From Polyangiaceae bacterium (lineage in GTDB: Bacteria; Myxococcota_A; Polyangia; Polyangiales; Polyangiaceae): a stretch of 64,000 bases of DNA. The notes beneath the pieces were generated by a model. It made no database searches, had not been told where the DNA came from, and saw nothing but the letters and a program-made list of their open reading frames with translations. Location of the stretch: positions 352,001-416,000 of the forward strand of contig CBDCTZ010000013.1 of the NCBI GenBank assembly GCA_965222375.1, given 5' to 3'. Position numbers and translations under genes: made by a program. Of the stretch, positions 47,530 through 56,280 are shown one piece after another; the first letter of the stretch is position 1; each line of letters opens with the position of its first letter.

Positions 47530-48434
47530 TTTTCGCGGGGAGCGAGACCTTTGTCGCGGTGGTGCGCCACGGCTCGATTACCGCAGCGGCCAAAGCACTC
47601 AGGCTATCCAAGGCTGCCGTGAGTCAACGGTTGTCACTATTCGAAGAGTCCCTGGGACTTGCGCTCTTGCAGCGCACGACGCGTGCACACCGGCTGACGA
47701 TGGCGGGAGAGCGGGTCTTCGACGCTTGCGTTGATGCCATCGATGCTGTCGACGAGGCGCGAACGCGCTTGATGCTCGACGCGCGGGACGTGGGCGGACG
47801 GCTCGCAATCGCCGGGCCAAGCACGTTTTTGTCGCGCGTGCTCGTCCCAGTGATTGCGGCGTTTCAGCAGCGCTATCCCAAAGTCGACGTCGCCCTGCGT
47901 GGGGCAGACTGGGCGCTCGACTTTGCGGCGGAAGACATAGATATCGGATTTCGGATCGGACCAGTGAAATCGCGACAACTCGTCTACGACGAGCTCTTCA
48001 CGTCTACACGCGTGCTGTGCGCGACTAGGAAGTTTGTCGAGCGTTGCCCGCATCGCCTGCGTACTCCGAAAGATCTGGAGCGGGCGCAGTGCGTCATCCA
48101 CGTTCCAAGCGGGCGCGTGTGGCATCTTCAAAACAGCCGCTCTTCGCAGGAAGAAAGTGTCACGCCCACCCAAACGACCACCGTGGATACTATCGAGCTT
48201 GCACTATCGCTTGTCGATCAAGACGGCGGAATCGCGCTTCTTCCGGAGTTCTTGGTGCGCCAGCAACTAGAAGCCGGTCCGCTCACGCGAGTGCTCGCCG
48301 GATGGGTATCTCCAGCGCAACCGGTGCACCTCGTGTGCTCACGGGCTCGCGCGTTCGCGCCACAGGTAGTCGCATTCCGCAGTTTCTTGGCGACTGACCC
48401 GTGGACCTTCGACCCACAAACCTACGCCGAGTGA
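47517..48434 (+). CDS. LysR family transcriptional regulator
   Basis: FVAVV.HGSITAAA..L.LSK.AVS...EE.LG..LL.RTTR; divergent from the YcaC-like gene. Confidence 0.93.
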   Translation: MNNSFFAGSETFVAVVRHGSITAAAKALRLSKAAVSQRLSLFEESLGLALLQRTTRAHRLTMAGERVFDACVDAIDAVDEARTRLMLDARDVGGRLAIAGPSTFLSRVLVPVIAAFQQRYPKVDVALRGADWALDFAAEDIDIGFRIGPVKSRQLVYDELFTSTRVLCATRKFVERCPHRLRTPKDLERAQCVIHVPSGRVWHLQNSRSSQEESVTPTQTTTVDTIELALSLVDQDGGIALLPEFLVRQQLEAGPLTRVLAGWVSPAQPVHLVCSRARAFAPQVVAFRSFLATDPWTFDPQTYAE

Positions 48435-48699
48435 GCTGGCGCGCGGGAGCGTCATGGCGGTCCCCGGCACCGCTGCTTCGAGCTGTTGCAGGCCACTACC
48501 TGAGCCCGCGCCAGCGGACATGGCGGCTCTGGCACTGCCCGCGACGACCAAGGCCACGAGGGGCCACGAGGACCGGTTTCCTTCGGAGCGACCCCGTGTG
48601 CACGCGCTCGGAGCAGCCTGGTGTCGCGCACCACGCCGCCAGCGGCGCAGCTGGTGACACGCTGGCCACCTGGAGAGCCAAAGCTCCCCAAGCCCCCAA

Positions 48700-48754
48700 C
48701 AAAAACCCCGCAAAAAACCCGGACTTGCACGGCGCCGGGGGCCTGAGGTAGATC
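48700..48754 (+). promoter_or_regulatory. Probable sigma70-type promoter with A-tract UP element for tRNA-Leu
   Basis: AAAAA..AAAAAA tracts, then TTGCAC (48725) - 18 nt - TAGATC, about 60 bp before the tRNA. Confidence 0.45.
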
Positions 48755-48814
48755 CCCGCTTCCCGTTGGGTACTTGGGGCCGTGAAAACCCCCTGAGCGC
48801 TCCACGGGACACCT

Positions 48815-48898
48815 GCGAAGGTGGCGGAACTGGCAGACGCGCTAGCTTGAGGTGCTAGTAGGGTAACTCCTGTGGAGGTTCAAGTCCTCTCCTTCGCA
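48815..48898 (+). tRNA. tRNA-Leu (anticodon GAG)
   Basis: GCGAAGG/CCTTCGC acceptor stem, CTAGC-TTGAGGT-GCTAG anticodon arm, long variable arm, GGTTCAAGTCC. Confidence 0.96.
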
Positions 48899-49119
48899 CT
48901 GAACGATTTCAACGGGTTGGCTCTTGTTCGCTGAGAGTGCGCTTCGTAGCGAGCAACGCTTCCCCACAATTCTTCCCCGAAACCCGCGCTGGCCGTTGCT
49001 GCCGCGTCCGAGAGCTGGGTGGGTGGATCCGTGCTCGACCCCGTTTGGGGGGTCGAGCTACTGGCGTGGTTCTGGTGACGTCGCGTATCGTGAGTGGCGT
49101 GTGCAGGGCACTCAGGGGC

Positions 49120-49464
49120 GTGAGGTCATTTGTCCTCGTACTTCTGGCCATGCTTGTTGCGGTCGCGAGCTGTGGCGGGAAGTCCGAGTTGCATCAGGCC
49201 GGAGAGCCGGGGTGCATCGCAAAGTGCAACTATGCGAAACAGGTCTGCGGGACAATGCCTGACCGGTGCGTTGAAGACTGCTCCGCCTTTGTTGCGTGGT
49301 ATGACGGCGGTGCCGCATGCAGTGACGTCTGGCGGCGACAAGTGGAATGCCTCGTGAAACACGCCACGTACTTCTGCGGTGCTACCTTGACCTTCTACGC
49401 GGCGGCGGAATGCGACCATTTCGAGCGTGAGTTCAACTGTGCGTGCAGCGACCGCTGTTTCTAG
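49120..49464 (+). CDS. Small Cys-rich lipoprotein
   Basis: VAVASCGGKS lipobox; many Cys; start (GTG) estimated. Confidence 0.65.
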   Translation: MRSFVLVLLAMLVAVASCGGKSELHQAGEPGCIAKCNYAKQVCGTMPDRCVEDCSAFVAWYDGGAACSDVWRRQVECLVKHATYFCGATLTFYAAAECDHFEREFNCACSDRCF

Positions 49465-49506
49465 CGGAGCGGGGAGAACTCCGAACGCACCCCCGCGGTC
49501 CACGAT

Positions 49507-49872
49507 ATGCTTCACCTAGATTTGACCGTGACACGCCGGATACGTCTACGTCGATTGTGGGCAACCGCGCTCCTGAGCGCAGTTGCGGCCATGAATTGCG
49601 GAGGGAAGTCCGACGAAGCGGACCCGGGCAGGTGGGGGTGCACGGCAATGTGTGCAGGGCGGAGCGCTGCATGCGGCTTGGAGGAAACGGAGTGCACCAG
49701 CGCATGCGTTACGGAGATTCGCACAATCGGTCCGCCCGAGCGCTGCGGTCCCGCGCGGGACGCACTTGTGGGTTGCAGACTAGATTACGGCACGTTCGAC
49801 TGCCAGACGGGCGGGCGGCTGACGTTTCCGCCGCAATGCCAGGAAGACCTGTTCGTCTACAACGAGTGCTAG
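49507..49872 (+). CDS. Small Cys-rich lipoprotein, probable paralog of the upstream gene
   Basis: AAMNCGGKS lipobox; same GCxxxC-x6-C-x6-C-x3-C spacing. Confidence 0.65.
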   Translation: MLHLDLTVTRRIRLRRLWATALLSAVAAMNCGGKSDEADPGRWGCTAMCAGRSAACGLEETECTSACVTEIRTIGPPERCGPARDALVGCRLDYGTFDCQTGGRLTFPPQCQEDLFVYNEC

Positions 49873-49963
49873 GCCGGCGCGATCCAGAGTGAACTAGACG
49901 CAGCCTGCTACGCCAGCCAAACAACTGACAATCAGCGCGCCTACGCGGCTTGGGGCAACTTCG

Positions 49964-50157
49964 TGTTAGCGATCCCGCAAACCCGCGCGTAAGTGGTGAA
50001 AAGCGCAGGTCGTGATCGGTGAAGTCCGCGTTCAAGATCGGTTTCGTGTTTTGGAGCGGCGGGCGCCGCGGGCCTTGTTGAGTTCCTTGGCCTCCTTGAG
50101 TCGATAGCTTTTAGCGGCAACCTCGATGACCTCGGCGCGGTGCACGAGTCGCTCGAC
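49964..50157 (-). mobile_element. istB: IS21-family remnant: istB 3' end plus terminal sequence
   Basis: Minus strand 50157-50032 reads VERLVHRAEVIEVAAKSYRLKEAKE...*, matching the IstB C-terminal DRL.H...I...SYR pattern; element end TGTTAGCG at 49964. Confidence 0.75.
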
Positions 50158-50186
50158 TCATGCTGTCGGTCAGGCGCTGGGAACGC

Positions 50187-50649
50187 TCACTTGGTGCCGG
50201 TCGCGGGGCTCGCTGGGGGCTTCGACCTTGGCGTGACCGGCCGGAGCTTCACGTTGAGGTAGCACTTCCCGTCGTCTTCCGAGCCGCCGCACCGAGTTCG
50301 ACTCCAGTGAATGAAACCATAGGGTTCGAAACCTTTCGCGGCGAAGCACACTTGGATAGGACGCTGTCCGCTCCACTCCGGGGCGGAGCCAAACTGCACG
50401 AAGTATCGACCTGCGTGGTCCGAAGTCGCCCGTCGCCACTTGCTGTCGAGAGACGGACACTGTTGCCCCGAATCGACCTCAGCCCATGCGACGGCGTTTG
50501 CCTCGTCCGGGCTCACGATCGAACGAGTGCGTGCCGCGTGTTCCTGCTGTGACCGTCCCCTCGTACGTGTAGACCATTTGGCCGCATCCGGTGAGCGTCA
50601 GGAGCACGAGGGTTTGACCAACGATATCTGTGTGTGGCGGGTTCACCAT
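50187..50649 (-). pseudogene. Frameshifted lipoprotein gene
   Basis: ATG 50649 frame gives LVLLTLTGCGQMVYTYEGTV...SFDREP and stops; coding-like sequence continues in another frame (DEANAVAWAEV...CYLNVKLRP) from about 50510. Confidence 0.5.
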
Positions 50650-50713
50650 GCGAACGGCTCCTCAGGCTGCATCATGACTACGAGCGCGCGCCGTGACCGG
50701 AGCGGTGGTGGAT

Positions 50714-51139
50714 TCAGCGGAGGGAGACTTCCGGCCAGGTCAGAGCCGGAACAATGTTCTTGAAATGGCGGGTGTTGGTCGTGGCGACTGCGGCGCCTTC
50801 GGCCTGGGCTTGTGCAGCAATCAATACGTCAGCGTCGAGGCCCTCCGGTGGCGCAGTCGACCGGCCCGTTCGACGCAGCAGCGCCCACAGGCGCGCCGCA
50901 CTTCGCCAGGTGGCTGTTGTCGCAGCGAGAAAGCGCAGCTCTCGCCCGAGTTCATCGAGGCGCGCCAAGCTGCGCCGCGCATCGAGACGTAGGAGCTCTC
51001 GCCGAAGCTCGTAGTCCGAGACCTCGGAGATCAATACCTCGTGTTCATCGACGACTCGAGCAAGCCACTCGCGCACGTCGTCGTGGCGTCGTGGGTGACA
51101 GACCTGCCCGAGCACGCCGGTGTCCAGAACGAGCTTCAC
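50714..51139 (-). CDS. PIN-domain (VapC-like) toxin
   Basis: LVLDTGVL, EVSDYELRRELL, LDADVLIAAQA, ATTNTRHF; GTG start overlaps the upstream stop. Confidence 0.88.
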   Translation of the reverse strand: MKLVLDTGVLGQVCHPRRHDDVREWLARVVDEHEVLISEVSDYELRRELLRLDARRSLARLDELGRELRFLAATTATWRSAARLWALLRRTGRSTAPPEGLDADVLIAAQAQAEGAAVATTNTRHFKNIVPALTWPEVSLR

Positions 51140-51330
51140 TTCGTCGTGTCCGAATCCGTCGCGGAATGCAGCTGGAGCCTGCTGATCTCCGTCGGCTCCC
51201 AGTCTGGCTCCTCGACGACCGGCTCGGTCTTCCACCGGGCGAGCATGTCCTTCACTCGGCGAGCGCGTTCTGCACGATCCGCGGCGGCGATCGCGTCGAG
51301 GTCGGGCGTTGGCTTGTGCGAATGCGTCAC
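51136..51330 (-). CDS. Putative antitoxin (about 64 aa)
   Basis: Small gene with an acidic patch (MLARWKTEPVVEEPDWEP), GTGA-coupled upstream of the PIN toxin. Confidence 0.65.
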   Translation of the reverse strand: MTHSHKPTPDLDAIAAADRAERARRVKDMLARWKTEPVVEEPDWEPTEISRLQLHSATDSDTTK

Positions 51331-51555
51331 CCGAGAAATATAGGCCGGAGAGCCTCCTTTTTCGAGGTCGAATCTCGCCTCCAATCAACTTGCTCGGGGA
51401 CGGCCTCAATGCCACCCCTGGCGGGCCAACCCCAGCTCCCCCGCCAACCGCGCATCGTCATTCCACCTAGATCGGACACGGCGTCGGTGGACCACGGTGT
51501 TCGCCGCCGGCTCAAGTCCTGGCCTCGCTCTGACTCGCAGGCTACCCTTTCAAGT

Positions 51556-52422
51556 GTGCTTGCGCGGGGGGTCCTGTATCGAGAGGTGGGAATGTTGGGG
51601 ATCCTCGCCTTCTCAACCGGGTGTTGGGGTGGCGTGGAATCTGACCCAAAGGGCGGTGGCGGCGCTCCCCCCTGGTGGGCCACAGGGGGCGGCCTCGCGA
51701 CAGGCGGTTACTTCTCGACGGGCGGTTACTTCGCGACGGGCGGTAGTTCGTCAGGAGGCGGGCCCGCCGCGACAGGCGGCGGCGCGGGTTCCACCAACGC
51801 GTGTACTTTCGAAACCGAGCTTACTACTCGACCCGGACCGTGTGCCCAGCAACAGAAGGAGTGCGACGGCCCGAAGACCGTTGGGTGCGGGTCCTGCCCT
51901 GGGGACGAGAGTTGCTTCGGAAGTCGTTGCTACGATGCGCTCGGCGCGGTCCCGGACCTCCACTCGAACTATCTGTTGAGGCGTGCGATCCACGCGGAAG
52001 CAGAGGGCACCCGGTGCACCGTGAAAAACGACGGAAACCTCGAACGCGTCGAGGTGGCACTTTGGAACTCCAACGTCCCGGACATCACCATGGAGGTGTA
52101 TCTTCCTTGTGGGTCACAGACGCAGAAGGCCGCTGCCGTCACGATGCCCGCGTCAGCTTTTCCCAGTTATGCGGGCATACACGGAGTGCAACGGACGACA
52201 ACTTTCGTCCTCGATCCCCCGCTCCGCGTGCGTGCCGGCGATTTCGTGGACGTTACGTTCTATGCGTACGACTCCGACGGACCAAGCAAGACGGCCGTCG
52301 CTGGGATACAGACGGCGAATGTCGACCCAAACTGCGCAGCAATTTCCCGCGACCCCTACTTTGGTGTCATCCAGGTGAACACGGACTGGGATTTCATCGC
52401 CCGGCTCTACGTGCACCCCTAA
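51556..52422 (+). CDS. Lipoprotein with Gly linker, Cys motif and beta-sandwich-like C-terminal domain
   Basis: AFSTGC lipobox; ATGG repeats; CGSCPGDESC; ends DFIARLYV; start uncertain. Confidence 0.7.
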   Translation: MLARGVLYREVGMLGILAFSTGCWGGVESDPKGGGGAPPWWATGGGLATGGYFSTGGYFATGGSSSGGGPAATGGGAGSTNACTFETELTTRPGPCAQQQKECDGPKTVGCGSCPGDESCFGSRCYDALGAVPDLHSNYLLRRAIHAEAEGTRCTVKNDGNLERVEVALWNSNVPDITMEVYLPCGSQTQKAAAVTMPASAFPSYAGIHGVQRTTTFVLDPPLRVRAGDFVDVTFYAYDSDGPSKTAVAGIQTANVDPNCAAISRDPYFGVIQVNTDWDFIARLYVHP

Positions 52423-52675
52423 GCCACCCACCGACCTTCCGTCGAGGCCCCTCCCCCGAATTAGGGCGGAGCGGCCGGCTCCAGTCGTCGCGCATCTCCA
52501 GCCCGGTGAGACGCCGCAGTGAGTGCAATATGCTCATGGCGGTGCCATGCTTGGGAATGCACGCACGAGGTGGGGAGAAGTGCACCCGAGCATAGTTCGT
52601 GGAGTAGCGAAAACCGGTACGGGAGGGGCTCCCTTATCGGCCCCGCGACTACGCAGCACCGCACTTCTTTTCGTG

Positions 52676-53155
52676 ATGCTACTGATGGCTTGCGACAGCG
52701 GTTCGGCTCCACCCCCGTCCGAACCCAGTCCGGCGCCTGCTACGTCGAGCGCGGGGGTCGGCCTGGGCGGGCCGCCAAGTGAAGCGCAATGCAGACAAGT
52801 ACGCGAGTGCCTTCACGCCAAGCTCGCGCCCGGCCTCGACCCCACCCTTGGCGCCGCCTACTCCAAGGCGATTGATGCGTGTCTAGGGCAGACCGCGTCT
52901 GAGATTTGGAGGGTTGCGCGTTGCACGCCGATTCCACTGGGAAAGCATCCACGAAACGGAAGAGCGCTGGAGCTCTACGTCGGTTGCTGGGACCTGTGCC
53001 CCACCCACGCCCAAGCCCGCGTCAGGTACCTTTGGAGTCGGGGTTCAGATCAGTCGCGCCTTCGATCTGTGATCACGCGCACCGGGCGAGGGCGGCGTAT
53101 TTGGAGCCATGCGCGAGTCACGCTCGATCCCGCGCATGCTCGAAAGTTTTCGTAG
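52676..53155 (+). CDS. Hypothetical Cys-containing lipoprotein, possibly truncated or decayed
   Basis: ALLFVMLLMAC lipobox-like; C-terminus after about 53035 loses protein-like character; start uncertain. Confidence 0.4.
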   Translation: MLLMACDSGSAPPPSEPSPAPATSSAGVGLGGPPSEAQCRQVRECLHAKLAPGLDPTLGAAYSKAIDACLGQTASEIWRVARCTPIPLGKHPRNGRALELYVGCWDLCPTHAQARVRYLWSRGSDQSRLRSVITRTGRGRRIWSHARVTLDPAHARKFS

Positions 53156-53326
53156 CACCCCTGCCCTAGGTCCTTGCGCGGAGCGGGATGGAGCACCGCG
53201 CGAATCCGTCTCAGAAGTTTGTTGGAGCCGGTGCCGGGCCGCACGCGGCGCGCCTGATGCGGTCCCCGGCGGGCTGTTGCGGTCCTAGCAAATGACCGGG
53301 GGGTCAACCGCCGGATTCACCTACGG

Positions 53327-54949
53327 TTAGGTGCGCCTTCTTTGCGGCCGCTTTTGCGCTGATCTCTTCGGCGACGTCGTGGCGGATTTGGTCTTCTTCG
53401 GCTTCGCGCTGCTTGCTTTCCCCGTTGGTTTCGCCGGCTTGGCGGGCGTCCTCGTCGCCTTGGCTGCCTTCTTCTTCTTAGTCGCCACCTTCTTCTTCGC
53501 CGCCACCTTCTTCTTCGGTGCCGCCTTCTTCTTCGGTGCCGCCTTCTTCTTCGGTGCCGCCTTCTTCTTCGGCGACGCCTTCTTCTTCGGCGACGCCTTC
53601 TGTTTCGGCGCCTTCCGCACCGCTTTGCGGCTCCCGCGCTTGGGCGCCGTCGGCAGCGGAACCGAGGGTGGCGGCGTGCTGGGCGGCACCACTTCCAGAT
53701 CGTCTTCGCTCAGCTCGATGAGGTCGTCGTCCTGGGCCTGTCGCGGTGGCACGGGTGGCGGCTTGCCACGACGCTGGGCAGCGCTCGTCGGTGTCGAATC
53801 ACCGAGCCCCAACAAAGTTGGCTCGCGCGCACTAGTGTGGTGCGGCCGCTGGGCACCTTGCTGCGCCGCGGTCGGGTTCGACGACGCCGCTGGGTCGGCC
53901 ACCGCAGCGCTAGGCCCCGCTGCGCCCGCCGTGGCGGCCGGCTCATCATCGGGCAGCATCGCCGCATCCGGCAGTGGCGACAGCCGCGAGCCCACTCCAC
54001 TTTCGTCCTGCAATCTGTCGCGCACGCCCGCCTTCAAGCGCCGCATCATGCCGGTAGCTGTCCGCCACATCACCGACAACTTCGAATCACCGGGCAGCCC
54101 GAAGCCCAGGAGCAGCTCGTTCCACAACGTGCGCACGTCAGCGAAACGCTCCTCGGGCTCGACCGCCAACGCCGACGCCACCCAGGGATCGAGCGACTTG
54201 GGCATATCGTCGCGCAGCTCGCTCAGGCTGGGTCGCTCGGCGCCGGTAGCCGCCTCGAGCTTGTCGAGCAGGGTCTCCGCGAGGAATGGCACCCGCCCCG
54301 ACAGCGCCCGAAAGACCACCGCACCCAGGGAGTAGACATCCGCTCGCTGGTCGACGTGATCGACGTCACCGCTCCAAACCTCCGGCGCAATGTAGCTCGG
54401 TGACCCCATGATCATCCCGACTTCCGTCAGCGGGCGGTCCGACTTGAAGCGGGCCAGACCGAAGTCCAGCAGTCGCACACCTCCGCCGACGGTGTCGCTG
54501 AGTAGGAAGATATTGCCCGGCTTCAAGTCACGGTGCAGGAGGCCGATGCCGTGCGCAGCTTCGAGAGTGTCCACGATCGGCGACAGGATCTCCACCAGCT
54601 CATTCGGTGCGAGACGCATCCCGATCTGCTCCAACTCCAGCAAGTGCTCCTCGAGGTTCTTGCCATCGAGAAACTCCATTACCAGACAAGGTGCGCCGCT
54701 GGACGCCGTACACAGGTCGCGAACCTTCACTGCGAGTGTGCCTTCGAGGGCCGCGAGCGCGCGTTGCTCGCGACGCATGCGCTCGACATAGTGTGGCTCT
54801 CTGGCGAAGCTCCCGGTCAACATCTTGACCGCCACGACGTCGCCCCGCTTCTGATCGCGAGCGCGAAAAACCACGCCGTGGCCACCGCGATCGAGCACGC
54901 CCAAGACCTGATAGCGACCGGCAATGACTAAAGGTGGGGATTCGGACAT
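53327..54949 (-). CDS. Ser/Thr kinase with a C-terminal histone-H1-like Lys/Ala/Pro tail
   Basis: VAVK, HRDLKPGN, DFGLA, YIAPE; tail with PKKKAS/PKKKAA repeats; no TM segment. Confidence 0.92.
   Translation of the reverse strand: MSESPPLVIAGRYQVLGVLDRGGHGVVFRARDQKRGDVVAVKMLTGSFAREPHYVERMRREQRALAALEGTLAVKVRDLCTASSGAPCLVMEFLDGKNLEEHLLELEQIGMRLAPNELVEILSPIVDTLEAAHGIGLLHRDLKPGNIFLLSDTVGGGVRLLDFGLARFKSDRPLTEVGMIMGSPSYIAPEVWSGDVDHVDQRADVYSLGAVVFRALSGRVPFLAETLLDKLEAATGAERPSLSELRDDMPKSLDPWVASALAVEPEERFADVRTLWNELLLGFGLPGDSKLSVMWRTATGMMRRLKAGVRDRLQDESGVGSRLSPLPDAAMLPDDEPAATAGAAGPSAAVADPAASSNPTAAQQGAQRPHHTSAREPTLLGLGDSTPTSAAQRRGKPPPVPPRQAQDDDLIELSEDDLEVVPPSTPPPSVPLPTAPKRGSRKAVRKAPKQKASPKKKASPKKKAAPKKKAAPKKKAAPKKKVAAKKKVATKKKKAAKATRTPAKPAKPTGKASSAKPKKTKSATTSPKRSAQKRPQRRRT
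53466..53617 (-). repeat. 18-bp tandem repeat encoding (P/A/T)KKK(A/V)(A/S)
   Basis: About 8 units of GCCTTCTTCTTCGG(T/C)G(C/A)C-like sequence on the plus strand. Confidence 0.85.
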
Positions 54950-55050
54950 CGGGGCCTAGGAGTCTAGGCCAGCCAAAAAACGACGTCGACCGACGCACCC
55001 TGCAGCTCGAGCGCTTCGGCGATGCGGTCACCAAGAGCGCGCTATGACGG

Positions 55051-55353
55051 TCAGTACTCCTCGGGGCCACCGCCGCTGCCACCGCACTGCCAGTTGCATT
55101 CGCGGAAGTCGTCATAGGCGCTCCACGTGCAATCGACGTAAGTGCGCCAGCTAATTTCGTTGTCTTCCCACGCTTGATCGCAGTTGCGGCTGCTGGTTTC
55201 GTACTTGTTGTCGCAAGTCTCATAGCAGGTGCTCCAAGCTTGCTGCAGCGTGCCAGTCGATTCGTCGCCGGCGTCCGCACCGCTACAGCCTGCTGCGCCG
55301 AGCAAGAGTGCCGCGCCCGCGACAGAGAAAAGGGTGGCCTTTCTAAGCATCAT
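55051..55353 (-). CDS. Small lipoprotein with a symmetric six-Cys domain
   Basis: AGGAG RBS; LLGAAGC lipobox; Cys spacing 3-10-16-10-3. Confidence 0.8.
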   Translation of the reverse strand: MMLRKATLFSVAGAALLLGAAGCSGADAGDESTGTLQQAWSTCYETCDNKYETSSRNCDQAWEDNEISWRTYVDCTWSAYDDFRECNWQCGGSGGGPEEY

Positions 55354-55554
55354 TGGACTCTCCTAGTGTTCGCCGACCCGAGAGACCCGGCCGGCACGCC
55401 TCCCACCCTTCACAGGCCATGCCATTCGCAGAAGCGCCCACAAGCCCGCGCTCTCACCATCAGGCTGCTGGCTCGACCCCTCCAGTCAGGTAGGCCCGCA
55501 CCAACCACGACGCAGCCGATTGCGGGGCGTCGGACCTGGCGCATCGCCTTCCGG

Positions 55555-56037
55555 TCACCTGTGGTCGCGCGCCAACGCTCTGAGCGCGAGTAGGTGCATC
55601 AGGAACATGAGGGGCACGCCCATGGTGGGGATCGCGGACGCGGCGCTCATGTGGTCGGAGGCGCCCGCCGCCGGTGCTGTGGCGACGTTCTTCAGGAGAT
55701 CCACGAGTCCGACCACGCTCGCGAGCCAAGCCAGCGGAATGCCAGCGCGGCTTTTCAAGTCTAGGGCCAGTACCGCTGCGATGGCGAGCAGCGCCGTGGC
55801 CACATCCCCGATGACAAGCCAGCGCACCCAGCCCGGGTCGAGAGACGGCGAGGCTACACCCGGGATGAGCAGCAGTGCACTGATGTGACGGAATTGCTGC
55901 GGCAGCAGTAGCAGCTGTAGTTTCCGTCTGCGTTCAACACCTTTTAACCGAGGTAGAACGACGGTCCTGAGCACGAGCGCCCACGCGACGCCGCTGAGCA
56001 GCGCCATTCCCGCAAACACTGCCGTCGTCGGGATCAT
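55555..56037 (-). CDS. Small integral membrane protein
   Basis: About 5 TM segments; LLLPQQFRHISA, GDVATALLA; start placed at ATG 56037. Confidence 0.65.
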   Translation of the reverse strand: MIPTTAVFAGMALLSGVAWALVLRTVVLPRLKGVERRRKLQLLLLPQQFRHISALLLIPGVASPSLDPGWVRWLVIGDVATALLAIAAVLALDLKSRAGIPLAWLASVVGLVDLLKNVATAPAAGASDHMSAASAIPTMGVPLMFLMHLLALRALARDHR

Positions 56038-56280
56038 CGTGGGGGAGACGGTAACAGGCCGCCTAGGGCGGTGTCTTCGAGCAGAGTCGACAGGCGCCGC
56101 TTGAGCTGTTTTCGGTTGAGGTCGACCCCAATTGCCCGATTCTGCTCTACTTGAAACCGCGAGTTCCGGTGTTTTACGCGAGCACTTTCGTCGGCTTGGA
56201 CTCCTCGGTGTCATCGGTGTTAGCAATCACCGACGAGCATCGCGGATATGGATACCGCGTACCGTCGACAGAGGTCAGCA

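Noticed and set aside
49900..49963. Possible end of a second transposase (minus strand ...KLPQAA*) next to the IS21 end
   Set aside because: Too short to assign without a database search.
50812..51555. N-terminal 250 aa of track ORF 50812-52422 (likewise extensions of 3000-4190, 8001-10079, 21856-23754)
   Set aside because: These extensions overlap better-supported genes; the real starts lie downstream at signal peptides or coupled start codons.
53040..53320. Possible MITE or IS ends (GGGGTTCAG..., ...GTTTTCGTAGCACCCC)
   Set aside because: The ends match over only a few bases; no target duplication or second copy in the window.
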